Assembly: GCA_051294375.1 (NCBI GenBank)
Contig: CM119264.1
Span: forward strand, 675,611 to 739,610
DNA from: Paraspadella gotoi
Taxonomy: Eukaryota; Animalia; Chaetognatha
Direction of reading: 5' to 3'
DNA: 64,000 bases
A program made the translations under genes and the position numbers. Below, in pieces: positions 55,413 to 64,000 of the stretch (position 1 is its first letter; every line of letters starts with the position of its first letter). Under the pieces are notes generated by a model, which saw nothing but the letters and a program-made list of their open reading frames with translations, was not told where the DNA came from and did not search any database.

Positions 55413-55672
55413 ATAACGAATTGAAAACTATACCTATCACTTTCATTGCCATTGGAGATTAAACTTAAAATTTAAAATTGGTACTTAACCGATAATAATA
55501 GTATTGATTCTCTAGAATATAAAAAAGTACTTCAACGAAAAGGAAAAAAACAAACCAAAATAACAAAGGAAAAGCATTTTCGACATTTTCCGACATCTTT
55601 TTGGGTCAATGTCGACATTTTTAACATTGACATTTGGACAAGTGTTTGAAGAAGATGTTCTTTTGTCTTTAG

Positions 55673-55792
55673 GTTACGAGATTTAGCGCCATCTCTCCTT
55701 ACGAAACCGACATCGCGTTGAATCTGGAAAAACGAATTCTGACTGTTGAGCATCCGGAAGAAACCATTACTCTCAAAGTGTTGGGATATCAA
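55673..55792 (+). CDS. IgSF protein exon 8 (Ig3, strands D-F)
   Basis: ttcttttgtctttag|GTT...CAA|gtaagc, 120 nt, open, phase 0/0. Translates VTRFSAISPYETDIALNLEKRILTVEHPEETITLKVLGYQ and supplies the strands missing between exons 7 and 9. Not present in the ORF track. Confidence 0.8.
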
Positions 55793-55862
55793 GTAAGCAT
55801 TTGGCAGAGAGAGAGAGAGAGTCTGTGGATGGATGTTACATCTACACATTGAGGGGTAGTTA

Positions 55863-55930
55863 CCGGGTTCGTATTGAACTCGGTACCTAGTGGTCTTGAG
55901 CTGATGGCTTTACTCAATGAGCCACTGGGT
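55863..55930 (-). mobile_element. tRNA-derived SINE head
   Basis: Minus strand CCCAGTGGCTCATTGAGTAAAGCCATCAG...GGTACCGAGTTCAATAC has Pol III A-box and B-box-like motifs; homologous to 58897-58964. Confidence 0.55.
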
Positions 55931-56415
55931 CATAACTGAAAGTGTCATGCTTCTGGGCGGGGTGAACCTCGGCAATGCCCGACTACATTATCTTCTGAAA
56001 GCCCTTGCAAGTATGAGGAGAATGATATACTTACGAATACTGTAGTATAAAATTTAGCCTGCTTAACTTTAATTTAATCGAGATAATCAAAAACGAGGCA
56101 TCTGGAGGGCAAATTTAAAATTATTATTCAATTGTGATTGGCTATTTTAAATCATACCCAAATAAATTATATCTTTTTTTATTAGAATAATTTAAATAGT
56201 TTCTATAAAGATAGAGAGGGAGAGAGAGGGAAAGAGAGAAAGAGGGAGGGAGAAAAGGAGAGAGAGAGAGGGAGATAAAAAGAAAGTATCTTCTTACGCT
56301 GGAAAATGCGAATTCAGCTGAAGTCAGCAAAAAGCGACAGAAACGCGATCCTGTGGAAAGGAAACCGAAAAAGAGAGAGAGAGAGATGGGAGAGATAGAG
56401 AAAGAGAGAGAGGGA

Positions 56416-56540
<125 letters not shown>

Positions 56541-56609
56541 CGGTTGTCGGGCAAAGCGAGAAAGTCGAACAAAGCCTCACGACCCGAGCAGACGGACCCG
56601 AGAGTCACA

Positions 56610-56696
56610 AGGTCATCTGATGACCTTGAAAGATCATTGGTGATCTTGAAAGGTCATTGGTGACCCTAAAAGGTCAATGGTGACTTTGAGAGGTCA
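56610..56696. repeat. 20-bp palindromic tandem array AGGTCA-N4-TGACCT
   Basis: aggtca tctga tgacct / agatca ttgg tgatct / aggtca ttgg tgaccc / aggtca atgg tgactt / aggtca. Confidence 0.85.
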
Positions 56697-56784
56697 CAAG
56701 CGGTAAAAGAGAAGAAATAAATTTTACAGGAATACCTTGACATATTTATTTATACCTTGTGTATCACTTGTGAAGGATGACATT

Positions 56785-56952
56785 TAAAATATTATGCCAC
56801 TTCATTAATAGGGAAGCCAGGTACTCTGCGAGTAAATAAACGAGACTGTGAGAGAGTCTTGATTGAAAGCTTGCAGGGACCTGCTATGTCATTATCTTGT
56901 AAGAGTGATGGAGGCTTAAACCACCAAAGTCAGGGGCAAGAAAGCTTATTTA
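56785..56952 (+). repeat. ~170-bp dispersed direct repeat, second copy at 61083-61263
   Basis: Near-identical AGACTGTGAGAGAGTCTTGATTGAAAGCTTGCAGGGACCTGCTATGTCATTATCTTGTAAGAGTGATGGAGGC in both places. Confidence 0.8.
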
Positions 56953-57847
56953 ATCAATAAATAGATAATTTCTATATTGGTTGTATCAAGTTCATTTTTT
57001 GATTATTTGTATATTATACAAATTTCATTTTTCTGTAACTCTCTCTCTCTCTTTGATTTTCCCCTGTCATATCCTTTCCACTTTCCATTAAGAACTTCAG
57101 GTTTAATTGAAAAAATACGTTTTTAGCTGCAAAACAGATGTTTTTTTTTGCTCTTAGATGCAGAGAAGTTGAGTCAGAGAAGAAAGGACGATAATGAAAA
57201 CTATAAGACAAAAAAGGAAAAATAGAAAAGAGAAGTAAAGAAAAAAAGAAAAGAAAAAAGAGAGAGAAAAAAAAAGAAAATACAGAATGGAAAAAGAAAA
57301 AAAATGAAAAAAAGAGAGAAAAAATCAAAGCAAATAAAAAATATAAGAAATAAAAATTGAAAAAAGACAAATGAAAAAGAGAAACAGGAGAAAAAATTAA
57401 AGTAAAACCAAGAAAACAAAAAGAAAAGAAAAGAAAAGAAAAGAAAAGAAAATAAAAAGTGAAAGAAAATAAAAAGAGAAAGAAAAGAAAAGAAAATAAA
57501 AAGAAAAAAAAAGAGAAGAAAATGAAAAAAAGAGCAACTCGCCAACACAGAAAGAAGAATCTTGGGATTAGTAGCGTTCTCTTGCGGCCTGGATGGAAAA
57601 CAAAATGAGAGATATATATTTTGATTTGATTCATTTTTTATGCTCATTTCGCGATTTAAACAAAAACAATTGTGAGTTATGTAAAAAAAAGTAATAGTAC
57701 ATACATTGCAAAAAAGGTAAAAAAAAAAGATATATCAATTTAAGAGATCAGAACTAACGTTAATAAATATTTGTAGCATATTACTTATTTACTACATTTT
57801 AAAGCTTTTTTATTTGATACATGCCACATATGTTTGATATTTTAGAT

Positions 57848-57917
<70 letters not shown>

Positions 57918-58039
57918 AGAGGGAGTGGTTTCCCGCTTACTTCCAATTACATATTATCAATAATTCGCAATAAAAGGTCAAAGTTTATTCTCCATTCATT
58001 CTTGAATCATTAGGGCCCATTTCTCTCTCTCTCTCGTCC

Positions 58040-58095
<56 letters not shown>

Positions 58096-58281
58096 TCTCT
58101 TTCCCTCTCTCATCTCTGATTTCGTATTGGACATTGAGTAGAGTGTTTCCTTCTCTTCGCTATTTCCCACCAACACAATTTCCCTCTCTTTCCAATTTGA
58201 CCCCAAAACGAAAGCAACAATAATTAGAGGTTTTTTTTTTCGAAAGCTTACATTCACCCAGACAGAGTCCTCTCTCTCTTA

Positions 58282-58316
<35 letters not shown>

Positions 58317-58896
58317 TCTCTTCTCCTCTTCTCTCTCTCTTCTCTCTTTCTTTACCCATTCACCCAGAACCAGACGGAGTCGCCCTCTTTTGTCGCCCCA
58401 TTTTTCTTTTTCCCTGTCTTTCCACTCTTGTCAGGTTGCCCACCTTAGGCGATCCTTGATTTTCGCGCACCGATTCTTAGTCAAGTCTTGTCCGTTTTTG
58501 TCATGGCAAACTAATTTTTTACGAAATGGCGATTAGAAAAAAAAAACATTTAAAATACAACAAAAAATTATACAACGTCATTTATATACATGATTCGCGC
58601 TCTGGAAATTAATAAAGTAGGCTGCGATAGAGACTTGATTTAATTGCTCGCCGTTTCCCGTTTTGTTATTATCATGTAAGATAGCTTATTTAATAAGTTT
58701 TTTATAATAGATATACCTCGGATACAAAGTGGGCTGAAGATTACTATCCGCAAAAAGTTTAATCCCCATGGAAGAAGGTCCTGGGCTTCAAACCAAGCTT
58801 AAGGGTTTTCCAGGTCCCTTAGGGTCCTGGGCTTCAAACCAAGCTTAAGGGTTTTCCAGGTCCCCTAGGTCCCCTTACGGCCGATCTCACGCTTCC

Positions 58897-58964
58897 CGCA
58901 TTGGTGATCGATCCCCGTACCTGAATGCCACGAACTGATGGTATTACTCAATGAGTCACTGGGT
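58897..58964 (-). mobile_element. tRNA-derived SINE head (second copy)
   Basis: Minus strand CCCAGTGACTCATTGAGTAATACCATCAG...GGTACGGGGATCGATCACC. An adjacent 45-bp tandem duplication lies at about 58778-58867. Confidence 0.55.
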
Positions 58965-59782
58965 AGGCGGGATGTAATTATTACAATTATTATATTATAG
59001 TATCCATTTTATTTTATCCCATACTGTTGACCCACTAATAAAAACGGGAAAACATTGAGGAAAACAATTTCTTTTTTCAGTGAAAAACAAAAAATGAAAG
59101 AAAAAGTTCCAGTCACTTTTTTCCTTTTCAAGTCCGAATTCCCAGTCACCGCTTTTCTCATTTTCAACGTTGTCCACAAAACTATTTTCTTTTCCTTTTC
59201 TTTTTTGCCCTTTGTTTTTAGTTTCGCCGCATTTGGATGTCGGTCGGTTAGTCGCTCGGTAGTAATAATAAATATAATATAAATATAAATATAATATAAA
59301 TATAATATAATATAATAAATATTCGATCAATTTAGTTCATATTTTTCTATGAAAGTGAGTTACCCTCAGACCTTTAATGTCCACATGTATCATACTTGTA
59401 AAGTCACGTGATCCGAACTTAAATACGGTTTAAATTCGGTTGCTATTTTGGTAATTTTGCTCAAGTTCGAATTTGAGCGACTACTAGCGCTACCTTTTGT
59501 TTTTAAAGAAGTCATAGTAATAATTTTTTTAATAAAATAAAGAATAAAAGATCGAATTCCGATGCAGCGCATGTCACCTACGTAAAAATAAGACAGACGA
59601 CGCAACACAATTGAAATACGGTTCTTCTTTTTTCTTGCGCTCCTGGCCAACTTTGTTAAATGGCTAACATGGTCGTATTTTATTGATGTTGTTGTTGTTG
59701 TTGTTATTCTTTCTTTTTTTCTTGTCTTACATTCTCTTTCCCGCCGCCCACCCATGTTTCTCCCTCTCTCCCTCCCCCCCAA

Positions 59783-59844
<62 letters not shown>

Positions 59845-60456
59845 CATTGTGTTTCCATTTTCCTCCTATTTGTCATTCCGACTCATTATCATTTCATCCC
59901 CTTACGCTTCTCTTCCTCTTCCTTCTCCTCTTTCTTCTCCTCTTTCTTCTCGTCTTCCTTTTTCTCTTCCTTTTCCTCTTACTCTCTAACGCCTCTGTCT
60001 CTCGCGCTCTCTCTCTATCTCCCCTCTTTCTCTCTCCCTGTCTCTCTTAATCTCTCACACTTTTTCTTTCCTCCTTCCTCTTTTTTTTCTCTCCTTCTTC
60101 CCTCTCTTCCATTCTTCCCTCCCTTCCCTCCCTCCTAATCTTCTCTCCCTTCCNNNNNNNNNNNNNNNNNNNNNNNNNNNNNNNNNNNNNNNNNNNNNNN
60201 NNNNNNNNNNNNNNNNNNNNNNNNNNNNNNNNNNNNNNNNNNNNNNNNNNNNNNNNNNNNNNNNNNNNNNNNNNNNNNNNNNNNNNNNNNNNNNNNNNNN
60301 NNNNNNNNNNNNNNNNNNNNNNNNNNNNNNNNNNNNNNNNNNNNNNNNNNNNNNNNNNNNNNNNNNNNCCTCCCTTCCTCTCTCCTAATCTTTCCTCCCT
60401 TCCCTCCCTCCTAATCTTCCCTCCCTCCTAATCTTCCTCCCCTTCCTCCATCTCAG

Positions 60457-60597
60457 GGTCCTCAATCCAAAATCATCGTCGCCCGCGTGAATTTCCGTCC
60501 CACCATCAAGTGTTCCGACTCCTCCTCTTCCTCCACTTCTTCCTCCTCCTCCTCTTCCTCCTCCCTCTCGCGCCACGCCATTGGCTCGTCGACCGGC

Positions 60598-60628
<31 letters not shown>

Positions 60629-60682
60629 GCGGCGGCGGAATGACGAATCGACATCGAATGATCAACGAGGAAGAAAGAGAAG
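60457..60682 (+). CDS. IgSF protein exon 9 (Ig3 G strand, start of Ig4 with Ser/Gly insertion); gene continues past window
   Basis: Pyrimidine tract then ctcag|GGT CCT...GAA G|gtgaga. Translates GPQSKIIVARVNFRPTIKCSD-(poly-S)-LSRHAIGSST-(poly-G)-MTNRHRMINEEERE. RVNFRPTIKC parallels DVRFSAKFDC at the previous domain junction. Confidence 0.8.
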
Positions 60683-61614
60683 GTGAGAGGGGAGAGGGGG
60701 AGAGAGCGGGAAGGGGAGAGAGAGGGAGAGAGGGAGATGGGGAGAGAGGCGGAGAGAGGGAGAGGGGGGTCAGGGGTAGACACCCTCCACCCGGCTGAGC
60801 GGGCCCAGGGCTTCAAGGGTGAGCCCGAGACGAGCAATCAGAATTTTGAAAAAAAAAGTCTTAAAAAATTATTAATTATTTTTAAAAAATAAAGATTTAA
60901 AATGAAGATTTAATGAAAAATGGCCGTTAGAGGGTCTATCAAGAGACAAAATTAACAATAGTAATATTTTTTATGAAAAAATTTTCATTAATTTATCAAT
61001 ATTAATGTAGAATTGTTAAGTCTTTGAAGAATGCAGAGTACAATATATTATTCCCCAATCTAATACTTGAGGAAGTGAAACCTTTGAAATATTATGCTCA
61101 CTCATCGACAGGGAAGCCAGGTACTCTGGGAATGAATGAACCAGACTGTGAGAGAGTCTTGATTGAAAGCTTGCAGGGACCTGCTATGTCATTATCTTGT
61201 AAGAGTGATGGAGGCCTTAAACCACCAAAGCGTGTTCAAAGTCAGGGGCAAGAAAGCTTATTTATTAAATGAATGAAAAAACAAATTTTGGTTGTACAAA
61301 TTTCGTAGAATTTTATTTTGATAACTTTTTGCAATACTCTGACTGCTTCATACATTTAGCCATCTCTATAGAGTAAGGCGTATTGAAAGTTTCCGATCAA
61401 AATTTTAATAGTTGTTCATGAACAGTCTTGTACTAAAGAACATTGATATATAAATTTTTTAAAAATTTCTCAATTTTCGCATTAGACCATATTTATTTAC
61501 TCACCATAGAAAGTGTCAAAATTTACCAAAATTTTTTTTTAGTTTTGAAAGCATAAAAAGTTAATGAAATAAAATATATGTCTTAATGAAAAATTATTTC
61601 ATTAAGTTATTCTC

Positions 61615-61676
61615 TTATAACATGTCAGAACATCGAATTATGATAAATTATGCAAAAAATGATGTCCGTCCGTCCA

Positions 61677-61715
<39 letters not shown>

Positions 61716-62345
61716 GGCGTCCGTCGTCCACCTTATCAACACCAATTACTGTGATTGAAGGTGGATTAGAATTGAAATTTTGTGTGTAGGTAGGGAAGTG
61801 TGTGATGGAGCTGGAATCAGTTTCGATGGATAATCGTCCGGAGTGAAAATGAGTTAAAATGGAAAAAAAACAAAAAAAAAAAAATTTTCACTGATTTGAA
61901 ACGCTTACTCAGAGTGAATGTGGTCATTGACTTTCCAAATTTTGTATGTGGTAGGAAAGATGTGTGATGAGGCAGGAAATAAGGTTCGATGGAATCGTTT
62001 AAGTGGAATTAGTTAAAATGGAAAAAAACATACTATTTCACTATTGATTATGCTTTTTAATATTAAATGTAAATCAGCTTAATTAAATTCTTTAATAAAT
62101 AATACTATATTAATTAATTAATAATTATTTGTATAATTAACTTAATTCATTTGTGATTGTGATTGTTGTTTTGTGATTGAGAGAGGCGAGACAAGAAGTG
62201 GAAAACGATTTTGACAGGAATAAAAAAATTAAATATTGATGATTTAATTAATTAATTATTTAATTAATAATTAATAATGTAAATTATCTGATTAGCTTCT
62301 TACCGCTAATGATCGTGGGCCAGATTCCGGCATTGTTTGCTCTAA
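61615..62345 (+). mobile_element. HINE-like copy (3' part repeated at 62873-63268)
   Basis: Conserved block, (GTCT)n, two internal units and 3' end TACCGCTAATGATCGTGGGC..AGAT..CCGGCATTGTTTGC. Further family fragments on the minus strand at 39293-39621 and 46581-46650. Confidence 0.7.
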
Positions 62346-62788
62346 ACTTTATTTAATATTAGTGACATGTTTCGAGTTGAGGCCTTTTTTACAGGAGTTA
62401 TTTAGAGACTGTCATATCAGTGGTTTTCCTATAAAGGTATATTATATATATAAATATAGCACTTACTTTCGTTAAAATTAATATATCACTGGTAGTACGC
62501 CTGGTTTATAATTGCTTTTACAAGGTCTTTACAATACAGATTCGCAGATTTGATTTGCTGGCGCAATGAGGAAAACATATCGGTCTTCCGATGAGTTTGT
62601 TGGCGTAGCGCAAATGATTTAAAGTATCGACTTTTCGATTGATCGCATTGGGCGTGGCGGCAATATGACCACTATCAACACCTTAAGTGAAAGAGAGAGT
62701 TTGGAGTAGGAGGAGAGAGAGAGGAAGAGAAGAGAGAGAGAAGAGAGAGAGAGAGAGGAGAGAGAGAGAAGGAGAGAGAGAGAGGGAG

Positions 62789-62824
<36 letters not shown>

Positions 62825-63624
62825 GAGAAGAGAGAGAGAGAGAGAGANNNNNNNNNNNNNNNNNNNNNNNNNTGTATGTGGGTAGGAAAGTGTGTGATTG
62901 AGCAGGAAATAAGGTTTCGATGGAATCGTTTAAGTGGAATTTAGTTAAAATGGAAAAAACAAACAATCTATTTCACTATTTGATTATGCTTTTTATATTA
63001 AATGTAAATTCAAGCTTAATTAATTAATTATTAATAAATAAATAAATAATTAATTAATAATTATTTGTAATTAATTAATTAATTTTGTGATTGTGATTGT
63101 TGTTTTGTGATTGAGAGGCGAGACAAAGTGGAAAACGATTTTGACAGGAATAAAAAAATTAATATTAATTAATTAATTAATTATTTAATTAAAAATTAAT
63201 TAATTAATTATCTGATTAGCTTCTTACCGCTAATGATCGTGGGCAGATCCGGCATTGTTTGCTCAAACTTATTTAATGACAATTTAGTCGGACATGTTTC
63301 GAGTTGAGGCTATTTTCGTCTTCTACAGAGTCTTATTTAGAGACTTCATCAGTGTTTCCTAAAAGGTATATTACTATATATAAATATAGCCTACTTCGTT
63401 AAATTAATATTCACTGGTGGTACGCTGTTTATAATTGACTTTTACAAGGACTTTACAAATACAGATTCGACAAATTGATTTGCGTGGCGCCAATGAGAAA
63501 ACATATCGGTCTTCCGATTGAGTTGTTGGCGTAGCGCCAATGATTTAAAGTATCGACTTTCGATTGATCCATTGGCGTGGCGCCAATGACCCTATCAAAC
63601 CCTTAACTGAAAGAGAGAGTTGGA
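61943..63624 (+). repeat. Direct duplication 61943-62705 / 62873-63624 across a 25-N gap
   Basis: Overlapping contig ends repeated on either side of the gap at 62848-62872. Confidence 0.88.
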
Positions 63625-64000
63625 NNNNNNNNNNNNNNNNNNNNNNNNNNNNNNNNNNNNNNNNNNNNNNNNNNNNNNNNNNNNNNNNNNNNNNNNNNNN
63701 NNNNNNNNNNNNNNNNNNNNNNNNNNNNNNNNNNNNNNNNNNNNNNNNNNNNNNNNNNNNNNNNNNNNNNNNNNNNNNNNNNNNNNNNNNNNNNNNNNNN
63801 NNNNNNNNNNNNNNNNNNNNNNNNNNNNNNNNNNNNNNNNNNNNNNNNNNNNNNNNNNTTTTCTTTTTTTTTCTGAAGAAAAAAAAAATTCGTCTTGTTT
63901 CTCTGACTGACGGCGTCTTGTTTCTTTTTTTTTGACCCGCAGTTCTGTTTTGTTTTGTTTTTGTTGTTGTTGATGTTGTGAATGTGTTTCGTTTTGCCTC

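Noticed and set aside
55900-55945. Hammerhead ribozyme suggested by CTGATG...GAAA
   Set aside because: The core is CTGATGG rather than CTGATGA, the stems do not form, and the opposite strand is better explained as a tRNA-SINE head.
61024-61272. ORF with Ig-like LSCKSDGG or hAT-like FPNL..CER words
   Set aside because: No suitable phase-1 acceptor or donor, and no Trp after the motif. The segment is a dispersed repeat whose other copy (56785-56952) has indels.
63479-63586. CRISPR-like repeat-spacer pattern (also 56610-56696)
   Set aside because: Eukaryotic intron, short repeats, spacers related to each other, no cas genes.
63943-64000. Possible exon 10 after tttgacccgcag (phase 1 gives VLFCFVFVVV)
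   Set aside because: The sequence is (GTTTT/GTT)n low complexity, lacks the expected x-x-x-N-P after the Cys, and is cut off by the window edge.

Overview
AT-rich, microsatellite-saturated animal genomic DNA from a gapped, partly noisy long-read assembly. Spliceosomal GT-AG introns and TTAGGG-like degenerate tracts suggest a non-insect invertebrate such as a mollusc (inference only). Nearly all ORF-track entries are translations of simple repeats. The real coding content is one + strand immunoglobulin-superfamily cell-surface gene, reconstructed by hand from 9 phase-compatible exons (about 5603-6015, 17389-17526, 17785-17909, 19058-19164, 38671-38793, 42052-42188, 43220-43319, 55673-55792, 60457-60682). 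It encodes a signal peptide, a V/I-set Ig, a CD80-like C2 Ig, an atypical third Ig and the start of a fourth, and continues beyond the window. The introns hold a HINE/DINE-1-like Helentron family, a GGC..GCC TIR family with telomere-like cores, Tc1 relics, tRNA-SINE heads and several large duplications that look like gap-filling artefacts. The most unusual signal is three diverged LTR-like elements that each end in a ~45-nt copy of the 3' half of mature (CCA-bearing) tRNA-Leu, truncated near position 37.
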